Assembly (NCBI GenBank): GCA_964507645.1
Contig: CAZDPU010000005.1
Location: 1 to 59,504 of the forward strand
From: an uncultured bacterium
GTDB taxonomy: Bacteria > UBP7 > UBA6624
DNA: 59,504 nucleotides
Direction of reading: 5' to 3'
Shown here: positions 8,424 through 17,709 of the stretch, in pieces
How the letters are laid out: every line of letters begins with the position of its first letter
Numbering within the stretch: position 1 is the stretch's first letter
Made by a program: the position numbers and the translations under genes
Notes under the pieces: generated by a model
Databases searched by the model: none
The model's input: only the letters and a program-made list of their open reading frames with translations
Told to the model about the DNA's origin: nothing

Positions 8424-10481
8424 TTAATTTGCAGCGTGTGAAATTTTTTCTTTTATATGCTCAGGAACTTTTTCATATTTTAGAAATTCCATACTTGAAG
8501 TCCCTGTACCGCTGGTTACATTCCTCAGAACGGTTGTATAGCCAAAAGTTTCAGACAATGGCAAATGAGCCTTTACAACCCTTGTACCATCATCTAAAAT
8601 TTTTGTATCGTAAACCATCCCTCTTCTTTTTTCTAGATCCCCGAGAACCACACCAACATGCTCTTCTTTCACCATTATTTCTGCATCCATGATTGGCTCC
8701 AGAAGTAATGGAGATGCTTTTAAAAAAGCTTTTCTGAAAGCATCTACAGCAGCAATTTTGAAAGCAATTTCGGAAGAGTCAACATCGTGATAACTTCCAT
8801 CCAAAAGTTTAAGATGAAAATCAATAACTTTATAACCTGCAATAGACCCATTCAAAGCTGCCTCTTTGACTCCTTGCAGAACAGGTTTGTGATACTCTTT
8901 TGGAACAGAACCTCCTTTTGTCAGATCTTCCATTTCTAAAACCTGCTCTTTATCTTTCTTTCGAGGCTCTATCTCAATAACAACATGACCATACTGCCCT
9001 CTTCCACCACTCTGCCTTACATATTTTCCTTCAGCAACACTTGAACTAGCTATTGATTCCCTGTAAGAAACCTTTGGCCTTCCAACATTTGTATCAAGTT
9101 TAAATTCCCGCTGAAGCCTGCTGACTATTATTTCTAAATGCAATTCTCCCATTCCTGAAATAATAGTTTGTCCAGTTTCAGAATCAACAGAAAATTTAAA
9201 AGAAGGATCTTCTTCTCCTAGCTTTGACAGAGATTCTCCAAGCTTGTCTAAATCAGCGGTCTTTTTAGGCTCTAAAGAAATGGAAATCACTGGATCTGGA
9301 AAAGCAACTCTTGAAAGAGTGAAAGAGTTTCCTTTGTTGGTCAAAGTATCACCCGTTGTAAAGCTTTTTGCACCAATAATTGCACCTAGGTCACCAGGGC
9401 CAAGCTCGTCAATATCCTCTCTCCTGTCAGCATGCATTCTTAAAAGCCTTCCAACCCTTTCGGTTTTTCCAGTTCTAGGGTTATATATTTGATCTTTTGA
9501 TTTTAATTTTCCAGAATATATTCTTACAAAAATCAACTTTCCAACAAAAGGATCGGTGGCTACCTTGAAAGCTAAACCTGTCAGGTTTTCATCATTTACG
9601 CTTAAATTGATTTCATCTCCATCTTTGTTGTATGCTGGTACTTTTTCAATATCCAAAGGACTTGGAAGATAATCTATTATTCCATCTAAAAGCATCTGAA
9701 CACCCTTGTTCTTTAAGCTAGAACCACAAAAAACAGGAACAATGCCTTGGCTAATTGTCGCTAACCTTACAACTTTCTTAATCAAAGAGGTGGGGATTTC
9801 TTTTTCATCAAGGTACAAAGACATCAGTTCATCATCAAACTCTGCTAGAGAGTCTAACAACATTGATCTTGACAAAAATGCTTCGTCTTTGAGGCTTTCA
9901 GGAATTTCAATCTCTTTAAAATCAAGCCCATTGTCATCTAGATATTCATAAGCTTTCATTTCTATTAGGTCTATTAATCCTGAATAATCCGATTCGGAAC
10001 CTATGGGCAATTGAATAGGAATAGCATTTGATTTTAATTTATCATTGATAGAGTTAACTGAATTTTCAAAATTTGCACCCGTTCTATCCATTTTGTTTAT
10101 AAACACAATTCTCGGAACATTGTTTCTAGTAGCCTGCCTCCATACAGTTTCTGATTGAGGCTGAACACCTTCAACAGCACTTACTATAACTACAGCACCG
10201 TCAAGGACCCTTAAAGCTCTTTCAACCTCAATAGTGAAGTCAACATGTCCTGGAGTATCTATAATGTTTATTTGATGATCTTTCCAATCTGTAGTTGTTG
10301 CAGCTGAAGTTATAGTTATCCCTCTCTCTTGCTCAAGCTCCATCCAATCCATTGTTGCAGTTCCCTCATGAACTTCACCAAGCCTATGAAGCCTTCCAGA
10401 ATAAAAAAGAACTCTTTCGGAAGTTGTTGTCTTTCCTGCATCTATATGAGCAATAAAACCAATATTTCTTATATTCTTCAT
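8424..10481 (-). CDS. fusA: Elongation factor G (detached from any str operon)
   Basis: Motifs [20 protein letters not shown] and NKMDR. Full five-domain length of 685 aa. Confidence 0.93.
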   Translation of the reverse strand: MKNIRNIGFIAHIDAGKTTTSERVLFYSGRLHRLGEVHEGTATMDWMELEQERGITITSAATTTDWKDHQINIIDTPGHVDFTIEVERALRVLDGAVVIVSAVEGVQPQSETVWRQATRNNVPRIVFINKMDRTGANFENSVNSINDKLKSNAIPIQLPIGSESDYSGLIDLIEMKAYEYLDDNGLDFKEIEIPESLKDEAFLSRSMLLDSLAEFDDELMSLYLDEKEIPTSLIKKVVRLATISQGIVPVFCGSSLKNKGVQMLLDGIIDYLPSPLDIEKVPAYNKDGDEINLSVNDENLTGLAFKVATDPFVGKLIFVRIYSGKLKSKDQIYNPRTGKTERVGRLLRMHADRREDIDELGPGDLGAIIGAKSFTTGDTLTNKGNSFTLSRVAFPDPVISISLEPKKTADLDKLGESLSKLGEEDPSFKFSVDSETGQTIISGMGELHLEIIVSRLQREFKLDTNVGRPKVSYRESIASSSVAEGKYVRQSGGRGQYGHVVIEIEPRKKDKEQVLEMEDLTKGGSVPKEYHKPVLQGVKEAALNGSIAGYKVIDFHLKLLDGSYHDVDSSEIAFKIAAVDAFRKAFLKASPLLLEPIMDAEIMVKEEHVGVVLGDLEKRRGMVYDTKILDDGTRVVKAHLPLSETFGYTTVLRNVTSGTGTSSMEFLKYEKVPEHIKEKISHAAN

Positions 10482-10500
10482 AATAAAAAGGAATTAAAAA

Positions 10501-10878
10501 CTACTCTTCGTAGTTTTCCAAAATCTGATGGATTTGATTTAGTTCATCACTAGTTGAGTTCATAAGACTTGCGAGATTATAACCATTTCTATTGTCCATG
10601 TATGCTAATAAGTCAAGTAATTTAAATCTTCTTTGGTTTCCAGCAGTTCTGTGACAGCGTAATATACCCGCCTCAGTATCTCTTCTTATAGTTGTATGAG
10701 AAACACCAAGAAGTAATGCGGCTTGCTGCATCGTTAATTCTGGATTAAGCAAATCAATAATCAATTTTTTTCGAGCATTCAAGCGAGACAGAGCTTTTGC
10801 GTATTCCGCTTTTCTGCGGTCGTTTTTGGCTAAACTCGTCTTAAGGGCTTTGGACGTTGAATTAGTATCCAGATTCAT
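10501..10878 (-). CDS. Small HTH DNA-binding protein (MerR/excisionase-type helix-turn-helix)
   Basis: The segment LTMQQAALLLGVSHTTIRRDTEAGILRCHRTAGNQRRF resembles the HTH_17/excisionase-family motif. The N-terminus is basic. Confidence 0.55.
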   Translation of the reverse strand: MNLDTNSTSKALKTSLAKNDRRKAEYAKALSRLNARKKLIIDLLNPELTMQQAALLLGVSHTTIRRDTEAGILRCHRTAGNQRRFKLLDLLAYMDNRNGYNLASLMNSTSDELNQIHQILENYEE

Positions 10879-11165
10879 TTAGAAGGGGTAGGAAGAATTT
10901 CAAACCCCAATCCTAAATCATCAGCAGTTTCTTTAGTGTCAATAGAATCAACCCTGCTTGAAGGAGGACCTTCACTTAGCAAGCTTTTCATTTTGACAAG
11001 ATCCTGATTTGAACCTTCTACAACAACTTCAACATCGCCATTAAGCATATTACGAGTAGTGCCTGAGAGCCCTAAATTGATAGCCTGAGTTCTAGAAAAC
11101 CACCTAAACCCAACTCCTTGGACTCTACCTTTGATCTTAAATTTTCTTGTCGGCATAGTGTACAT
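10875..11165 (-). CDS. acyP: Acylphosphatase
   Basis: Signature KGRVQGVGFRWF ... GTTRNMLNGDVEVVVEG in a ~95-aa protein. The start could instead be the ATG at 11156. Confidence 0.85.
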   Translation of the reverse strand: MYTMPTRKFKIKGRVQGVGFRWFSRTQAINLGLSGTTRNMLNGDVEVVVEGSNQDLVKMKSLLSEGPPSSRVDSIDTKETADDLGLGFEILPTPSK

Positions 11166-11182
11166 ATATTAACCGATTTTCT

Positions 11183-11211
11183 TACAGGGCCTTTAGGCCC
11201 TGTATTTTTTT
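11183..11211 (+). terminator. GC-rich 9-bp hairpin followed by a T7 run, a plus-strand-oriented intrinsic-terminator-like structure
   Basis: The sequence tacagggcc-ttta-ggccctgta is followed by ttttttt on the plus strand. On the minus strand the stem is preceded by an A-run and followed by AAGAAAAUCGG, so there is no U-tract. Confidence 0.5.
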
Positions 11212-11223
11212 ACCACATTTTAT

Positions 11224-11946
11224 TTAATAAATTCCCCAATCTTCGACCCTATCTTTTAAACATTCAGGCAAATCTTTTATCCATTTTTCTTTGTTTGGAA
11301 ATCTTCCCGACATCACCAAAACATTTGAAGCCTCTTTTGTTTTTTTTATGCAAAGTTCCTGAAACTCCATTTTTATCAAATTACAAACATTCAAACATTT
11401 ATCATTTTTTCCAGAAAGATTCACCATCAACCTACCCCCAGGAGAAAGTTTATTTTTTATTTTTTTCCAAATGAAAGGGTCTTCAAGTTCCGGAATAAAT
11501 TTTCCCGAAAGAAACAAATCAATAATTATCGAAGAGTAAGGAGGGCTCTTGAAGAAAGTCTCAGAAAAAGCATTTTCAATATTTACTTTTACAGCTTGCT
11601 CATCAGGAAATCCAAAATAAACTTTTGCTACCTCAACAAGGGTTTTGTCAATTTCCCAACAGTCTAAAACAATATCTGGCCAATGCTTTCTGTAAAGATA
11701 AACAGATGTCCCTCCCCCCAATCCTAAAATAGCAACCTTGCCCTCTTTTACCAATGGGGGAATGATACAAAAATCATCCCAGTATGCTTCAGTGCTTTCC
11801 ATTCCTCTCTTGTAAATAGAGTGGATATTGGAGCTTCTGTCTAAATACAAAAGATTTGTACCGTCTTTTTCCTGTATAACCTTGATGGAGTTAAAGCTTG
11901 TGGTTCTCTTTAGTAAAACTTTATTTTTTTTCCAAGGCCAAATCAT
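11224..11946 (-). CDS. Spermidine-synthase-like class I SAM-dependent methyltransferase-fold protein
   Basis: SAM-binding-like VAILGLGGGTS ... DCWEID, with overall spermidine-synthase-like layout. Confidence 0.6.
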   Translation of the reverse strand: MIWPWKKNKVLLKRTTSFNSIKVIQEKDGTNLLYLDRSSNIHSIYKRGMESTEAYWDDFCIIPPLVKEGKVAILGLGGGTSVYLYRKHWPDIVLDCWEIDKTLVEVAKVYFGFPDEQAVKVNIENAFSETFFKSPPYSSIIIDLFLSGKFIPELEDPFIWKKIKNKLSPGGRLMVNLSGKNDKCLNVCNLIKMEFQELCIKKTKEASNVLVMSGRFPNKEKWIKDLPECLKDRVEDWGIY

Positions 11947-13174
11947 TTTCTTTAAAGTAGTTTAATAAATTTTTTGGAATAATGACAGTGTAAAAAACAC
12001 CTTCCTCTTGAGCCTCTTCTTTCAAAACGTATCCTTCTGAATAGATTTTTGAAATCATATCTTGTCTACAAAAGGGGATAAAAACTTTCATTTTTAAAGA
12101 TCTTTGAATTATCCATTTTTCAAGATCCTTAAAAAGTCTCTCTATTCCTGTTTTATTGATTGAAGATATTTGATAAAAATTCTCCCTCTCAGCTAAGCCA
12201 TTTTTAGAATCTTTTGAAAGAAGGTCTGTTTTGTTGAAAAGATACCATCTCTGCTTGTCCAAAACACCTAGGTCTCCAAGGATTTCATTTGTAACCTTTA
12301 TCTGGTCTTCAATGTCAGGTCTTGAAGAGTCAACAACATGCCAAATAATATCTGCTTCATTTAGCTCTGCAAGCGTAGACCTGAAACTTGCAACTAGCCC
12401 CGGAGGAAGATTTTTTATAAACCCAACAGTGTCACTTAATAAAACTTTTTGATTAAGAATTTTGAAAACTTTGGTTGTCGAGTCAAGTGTAGAAAAAAGC
12501 CTGTCTTCAGAAAGAACATTTGCATCTGTTGCCAGATTCATGAATGTTGATTTTCCAGCATTTGTATATCCCACTAACGCAATTTTGATTAAATTCTTTC
12601 TGGACTTTCTTCTTTCTGAACTTAATTTTTCGATATTTTTTAACTTTTTCTCAAGAAAAGATATTCTTTTCCATATCTGTCTTTTATCAGATTCCAACTG
12701 TGTTTCTCCAGGACCCCTAACACCTATTCCTCCAGACTGCCTTGAAAGATGTGTCCACATCCTTGTTAACCTTGGCAAAGTGTAACTTAACTGAGCTCTT
12801 TCAACCTGAATCTTCGATTCTGCAGTTCTCGCATTTTGGGAAAATAAATCTAGTATTAGGTTTGTTCTGTCTATAACCTTGCAAGTAACATACTTCTCTA
12901 TGTTTAATATATTTCTTAAATTAAGAGATTCTGAAAAAACTACGAAATCTGCCTTGATAGTTTTAGATAATCTTTGAATTTTTTCAAGTTGGCCTTTTCC
13001 TAAAAAAGGTCTTCTGTTAGGGATATTGAAAATTAAACTTTCAGCAATTTCACAACCTACCGAAGACACAAGATTTGAAATTTCTTCCAAATCAGAATTG
13101 TCTTCAATCTTATTTGGTCTCCTGTTAACTAATACGGAAATTCCTCTTTCTATTTTTTTATTTTTTCGCAACAA
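11921..13174 (-). CDS. hflX: GTPase HflX
   Basis: HflX N-domain followed by G-domain motifs GYTNAGKSTFMN, DTVGF and NKTD. Confidence 0.9.
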   Translation of the reverse strand: MLRKNKKIERGISVLVNRRPNKIEDNSDLEEISNLVSSVGCEIAESLIFNIPNRRPFLGKGQLEKIQRLSKTIKADFVVFSESLNLRNILNIEKYVTCKVIDRTNLILDLFSQNARTAESKIQVERAQLSYTLPRLTRMWTHLSRQSGGIGVRGPGETQLESDKRQIWKRISFLEKKLKNIEKLSSERRKSRKNLIKIALVGYTNAGKSTFMNLATDANVLSEDRLFSTLDSTTKVFKILNQKVLLSDTVGFIKNLPPGLVASFRSTLAELNEADIIWHVVDSSRPDIEDQIKVTNEILGDLGVLDKQRWYLFNKTDLLSKDSKNGLAERENFYQISSINKTGIERLFKDLEKWIIQRSLKMKVFIPFCRQDMISKIYSEGYVLKEEAQEEGVFYTVIIPKNLLNYFKENDLALEKK

Positions 13175-13192
13175 TGGTTTAAACTATATCTT

Positions 13193-13666
13193 ATGTCCTA
13201 TATTCGTGAACTTGCAAAGGAACTATTGGAAGTAGATCTACCAATAGCCTCATCTCCTGTCGCCTCATATAAATCCTTTCAAGCTTCTTCAGAAAAAATC
13301 CTTTTTATCAGTGGTCAATTGCCGATGGAAGATGGCAAACTCATGCTTGAAGGAATCGTTGGAGAAGACTTGTCATTGGAAGAAGCAGAAGCCTGTGCAA
13401 GACAGTGTGCAATAAATATACTTTCTCAAATAGACAAATACCTGGACGAAAATGGTGGCAAAGTTTCAAAAATATTACAACTAACTGGCTTTGTTGCCTC
13501 TAATAAAAACTTCACACAACATCCACAAGTTATAAACGGAGCTAGTAACTTTTTGAATAGTATTCTTGGAGAGGCTGGAAAACATAGTAGACAAGCTGTC
13601 GGTGTTCCATCTCTGCCTTTAAATGCTCCTATAGAAATTTCTGCTATTCTTGAAATAGATTCTTAG
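13193..13666 (+). CDS. RidA/YjgF-family (endoribonuclease L-PSP fold) protein
   Basis: Family-typical pattern ILFISGQLP ... GASN ... RQAVGV ... PIEI. Confidence 0.7.
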   Translation: MSYIRELAKELLEVDLPIASSPVASYKSFQASSEKILFISGQLPMEDGKLMLEGIVGEDLSLEEAEACARQCAINILSQIDKYLDENGGKVSKILQLTGFVASNKNFTQHPQVINGASNFLNSILGEAGKHSRQAVGVPSLPLNAPIEISAILEIDS

Positions 13667-15048
13667 TGAAAAAAATAAGAGTAAGGTTTGCTCCTTCTCC
13701 CTCTGGAAATCTCCATTTGGGAAACGCTAGAACAGCTCTTTTCAATTGGCTTTTTGCAAAAAAAAATAATGGTGAATTTGTTCTAAGGATTGAAGATACT
13801 GACTCTTCCAGGTCCTCAAAAAAACACTCTGAAGCATTAATGGAAATATTGGACTGGCTTGACTTGAGGCCTCATGAAAGCCCTAGGGACGGTGGCCCTT
13901 TCAAACCGTATAAACAATCTGAAAGAGAACACATTTACAAAAAGGTCATACAAAAAATGATTGATGAAAAAAAAGCATTTTGGTCACCAGCAGAAATGGG
14001 TCAGGTAAAAAGGTTCGATAAAGAGTGGAGAGACAAGGATCTTTCAAAAGAAGAAGCTGAAAAAATCGGACCGTCAGCATTAAGGTTTAAGTCAGCAAGA
14101 GCAGACAGGGTTCAGATTAACGACTTACTTAAAGGAGAAATAAAAGTAAACACAAAGCAAATTGGAGATTTTGTAATAGCAAGAAATGACATGAAACCAC
14201 TATACAACTTTGCATGCGTTATTGATGACCACTTCATGGAAATAACTCATGTAATAAGAGGAGAAGACCATTTAACAAACACTGCTAAACAAATACAACT
14301 ATACAAAACTCTTAAATGGGAAATTCCGGAATTCATTCATCTTCCATTGGTTATGGGTCCTGATGGTTCCCCTTTATCCAAAAGACATGGGGATGTTTCC
14401 GTTGAAAAATTTAAAGACCAGGGGTTTCTTCCTGAATCAATAATAAATGCCTTGGCAATGCTTGGATGGGGTCCAGGAGATGATAGGGAAATATTTTCAA
14501 AAGAAGAAATTGCAAAATTATTCAAAATAGAAAAATTAAACACATCACCCTCCAAATTCTTTCCAAAAAAACTTAATTGGTTTAATGGTCAACACATCAG
14601 GAGGTTAAAAAAGGAAAAACTTCAAGATATCATTCTTTCAAAACTAGAAAAAGAAAGTATAAAAACCGATAAAAAAATCATCTTTAACTTAATTGATATT
14701 GTTCAAGAGAGGCTAAGAAGCCTTGATGATATTGTTCCAATGATGGGATTCTTCTTCAAGGAACCAGAAGCTCAAGCCACAAGGGAAAATCTTGAAAACT
14801 TTGATTCAAGCTGTTTTGATAAGTTGAAAAAACTAATTGAACAAATAGATGAAATAAGAATATGGGAAGAAAAAGAAATTGAAAAAAAGCTGGAAGGATG
14901 GAGGGTAGAAAAAAACTATCATCCAAAAGAGATATGGCAACCATTGAGAATCGCTTTATCTGGAGGAAAGGTTTCTCCTCCAATTTTCGAAACACTATAC
15001 TTCTTAGGGAAAAAAGAAACGCTCCAAAGAATAAAAAAAGTTACATAA
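13666..15048 (+). CDS. gltX: Glutamyl-tRNA synthetase
   Basis: HIGH motif (SPSGNLHLGNAR) and KMSKS-like motif (PLSKRHG). GTG start shares 1 nt with the upstream stop (TAGTG). Confidence 0.92.
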   Translation: MKKIRVRFAPSPSGNLHLGNARTALFNWLFAKKNNGEFVLRIEDTDSSRSSKKHSEALMEILDWLDLRPHESPRDGGPFKPYKQSEREHIYKKVIQKMIDEKKAFWSPAEMGQVKRFDKEWRDKDLSKEEAEKIGPSALRFKSARADRVQINDLLKGEIKVNTKQIGDFVIARNDMKPLYNFACVIDDHFMEITHVIRGEDHLTNTAKQIQLYKTLKWEIPEFIHLPLVMGPDGSPLSKRHGDVSVEKFKDQGFLPESIINALAMLGWGPGDDREIFSKEEIAKLFKIEKLNTSPSKFFPKKLNWFNGQHIRRLKKEKLQDIILSKLEKESIKTDKKIIFNLIDIVQERLRSLDDIVPMMGFFFKEPEAQATRENLENFDSSCFDKLKKLIEQIDEIRIWEEKEIEKKLEGWRVEKNYHPKEIWQPLRIALSGGKVSPPIFETLYFLGKKETLQRIKKVT

Positions 15049-16948
15049 CTTTTTTAGAAAGATATTTAGCAATCAAAACCAAACAAGCAAATCCAAGCCA
15101 TGGTCCAGCAGAGCCTAAGGATATCACTGGAATACTTACAGAAGAAACAATAACTCCGGCAAGAAGAATACCCATTAAAGCTTCTCCTGTAATTAATCCA
15201 CTACAAACAAGAACACCTTGCCTACTAGTATCATTCTTTTTGCCATGGTGCAAATAATGTCTCAAATATCCTCCAAGGAAAATAGGCACAGCAAGTTCTA
15301 TCGGCAAGTAAATTCCTACAGCAACCGCTAGTACAGGGGCTCTGAAAGAGCTCCCTGCCTTTTCCAGTCTTTTATCCCATAGTATTATCAAAACCCCAAT
15401 AAAGATTCCTATATAAACTAAATTCCATGGAAGTGTTGAGTTTGGCCCACCAAGAATACCCTCAGCCACAGAAGCCATCAAGCCGGCTTGTGGTGCTGCT
15501 AAAAAATTCCCTTGAGCTTCAATTGGCAAATGTGCATCAGATCCAATCCCATAAGCATTATGGAGCAAAGAAAGAACTGGCGTTATGACCAATGCAGCAA
15601 CAACAACACCTAGTATCTCCATAACCTCCTGCTTCCAGGGTGTGGCATTGATGATATTTCCACACTTCAAATCTTGCAAAATATCTGAACCTATAGAAGC
15701 AGCACAACACACTATGCTCCCGACAAAAATTGCAGCAGCCGGACCAATAGATCCTTCTCCTATGTACAACAATACAAAAGATGTAAACAGAAGAGTTGCT
15801 ATTGTTATACCGCTTATCGGATTATTGCTAGAGCCTACAAGCCCTCCCATATATCCAGCAACTGAAGAAAAGAGGAAACCTGCAAGAACCATAATTATCC
15901 CCATAACAAGAGCTATATTCATATCACTTATGACGTGGTTGTAATAAAGAATTATCGGAATCAGCAATAAGCAAATACCCCCAAGTACAAAAGGCATAGG
16001 AATATTCCTCTCCTCCCTTGGTAAATCTTTTTGACCAATACCCATCTTCCTGTAGGCTTCCATCCCACTTCTTATTCCATCTAAAACAGGGTTCCAAACT
16101 TTTAAAAGAGCATAAACCCCACCAACAGCCATTGCTCCAACGCCTAAATATCTAATTTTTTTACTCCATATTAAATAAGCACCATCAACAGGAGAATTTT
16201 GAACAATTGAATTTATTGATTCTCCATTTATCGATTCATTTCCATTTAAATAGATATACAAAGGCAAACCTACAATCCAAGCTATACAGCCTCCTAAAAA
16301 AACTAATATTCCTATATTTTTTCCAACTATATACCCAACACCCAAAAGAGCTGGAGATAAATTTGTTCCTATATAAGCAAGCCATTTCCCGCCTAAAAAT
16401 TTAGCTCCCTCCAAAGCTTCTCCCCACATCCTGAAACCGGACTGAAGAAGTTTAAATAAACCACCAAGCAATGCGCTCTGACCAATTAAGCTAGCGCCAG
16501 CTCCACCCTTTTCTCCTTCTTTTAAAACCTCGGCAGTCGCAAGCCCTTCAGGGAAGGTTAATTCTTTACTATCCACAATAAAAGCTCTCCTTAATGGGAT
16601 GCAAAAAAGTATCCCCAGGATTCCTCCCAAGCCCGCTATCAAAGAAACCTCCCAAAATGAAAAATCTGTCCAATGTCCCAGTAGTATCAAGGCAGGGATT
16701 GTAAAAATAACACCCGCAGCTAAAGACTCCCCAGCACTTGCTGCAGTTTGAACCATGTTATTTTCAAAAATATTATTTCCTTTCTTCCTTCCAGCAAGAC
16801 AGGCTAAAACACCCATGGAAATAACAGCAGCCGGGATGCTAGCACTAACAGTCATCCCTGCCTTCAAGCCCAGATAAGCATTTGCACCAGCAAGAGCAGC
16901 AGTTATAAGTATAGATAAAAATATTGCCCTTAAAGTAATCTCTTTCAT
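15041..16948 (-). CDS. OPT-family oligopeptide transporter
   Basis: 635-aa polytopic protein with the typical OPT-family architecture and glycine-rich TM segments. Confidence 0.8.
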   Translation of the reverse strand: MKEITLRAIFLSILITAALAGANAYLGLKAGMTVSASIPAAVISMGVLACLAGRKKGNNIFENNMVQTAASAGESLAAGVIFTIPALILLGHWTDFSFWEVSLIAGLGGILGILFCIPLRRAFIVDSKELTFPEGLATAEVLKEGEKGGAGASLIGQSALLGGLFKLLQSGFRMWGEALEGAKFLGGKWLAYIGTNLSPALLGVGYIVGKNIGILVFLGGCIAWIVGLPLYIYLNGNESINGESINSIVQNSPVDGAYLIWSKKIRYLGVGAMAVGGVYALLKVWNPVLDGIRSGMEAYRKMGIGQKDLPREERNIPMPFVLGGICLLLIPIILYYNHVISDMNIALVMGIIMVLAGFLFSSVAGYMGGLVGSSNNPISGITIATLLFTSFVLLYIGEGSIGPAAAIFVGSIVCCAASIGSDILQDLKCGNIINATPWKQEVMEILGVVVAALVITPVLSLLHNAYGIGSDAHLPIEAQGNFLAAPQAGLMASVAEGILGGPNSTLPWNLVYIGIFIGVLIILWDKRLEKAGSSFRAPVLAVAVGIYLPIELAVPIFLGGYLRHYLHHGKKNDTSRQGVLVCSGLITGEALMGILLAGVIVSSVSIPVISLGSAGPWLGFACLVLIAKYLSKKVM

Positions 16949-17709
16949 AAAAATCCTCCATTTTCAATCTTCAAAACAGGGCCATCGCAACACACCATTA
17001 TTTCATGCCTTTCATCCCAACATCCCCTACACCCACCAAGTCCACAAGCCATTCGTGCTTCGAGACAAACTTGACAATTGATATTCTCATCTTTGCAAAA
17101 CTTTTCAACTGATTCCAGCATTAAATCTGGACCACAAGTATACAGGTGATCAAATTCAATACCTTTGCCTGAAAGGTCTTTTAAAACATCAACAACATTG
17201 CCTTTAAAACCCAAACTTCCATCATCTGTTGATTTTATATACTGGTCTTTCTCATCTAGATTCAAATGACTACTTAAAAAAGGAGAATCAGCCATCCTGT
17301 TACCTTCAACAACATAAACTCCCTTTCCCTTAAAAAATTCTTTATAAAGAAAGTTCAAAGGAGACATGCCAACCCCACCGCCGACCAAAACAATTTTTTT
17401 ATTCTCCTCTAGCCCAACAGCTTCAAAACCTTTTCCCAAAGGTCCCCACCCATAAAACTTATCTCCTAAATTTAAATTACATAACCAATTAGTTCCATAT
17501 CCAATATCTCTTATCTGCCACAAAACAACACCATCTGGCTTAACTTCCATCACAGACATGGGCCTTGCAAGAAGTTTTCCCTCAATTTGCAGCATTGCAA
17601 ATTGACCTGGTTTAGATTCCTTTAACCAAGGGGCATGTGTATAGAGAACAATTCCGTCAGAAGATATTGGATCTATTCCAACAACTTCTAAAAAACCATA
17701 GTTCGTCAT
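16945..17709 (-). CDS. pyrK: PyrK-like FAD/[2Fe-2S] electron-transfer subunit (dihydroorotate dehydrogenase B type)
   Basis: FNR-like RPMSV, GGGVGMSP, and the C-terminal cluster motif CLEARMACGLGGCRGC. Confidence 0.8.
   Translation of the reverse strand: MTNYGFLEVVGIDPISSDGIVLYTHAPWLKESKPGQFAMLQIEGKLLARPMSVMEVKPDGVVLWQIRDIGYGTNWLCNLNLGDKFYGWGPLGKGFEAVGLEENKKIVLVGGGVGMSPLNFLYKEFFKGKGVYVVEGNRMADSPFLSSHLNLDEKDQYIKSTDDGSLGFKGNVVDVLKDLSGKGIEFDHLYTCGPDLMLESVEKFCKDENINCQVCLEARMACGLGGCRGCWDERHEIMVCCDGPVLKIENGGFL

Noticed and set aside
10501-10878. The excisionase-type HTH gene as a marker of a prophage or integrative element
   Set aside because: No integrase, recombinase, phage structural genes, att-like repeats or adjacent tRNA are present. 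Both neighbours are housekeeping genes packed with 4- and 19-nt junctions.
11118-11474. The 118-aa plus-strand ORF as the transcript ended by the 11183-11211 hairpin
   Set aside because: The hairpin lies inside this ORF, not after it. The ORF is antisense to two well-supported minus-strand genes and is low-complexity.
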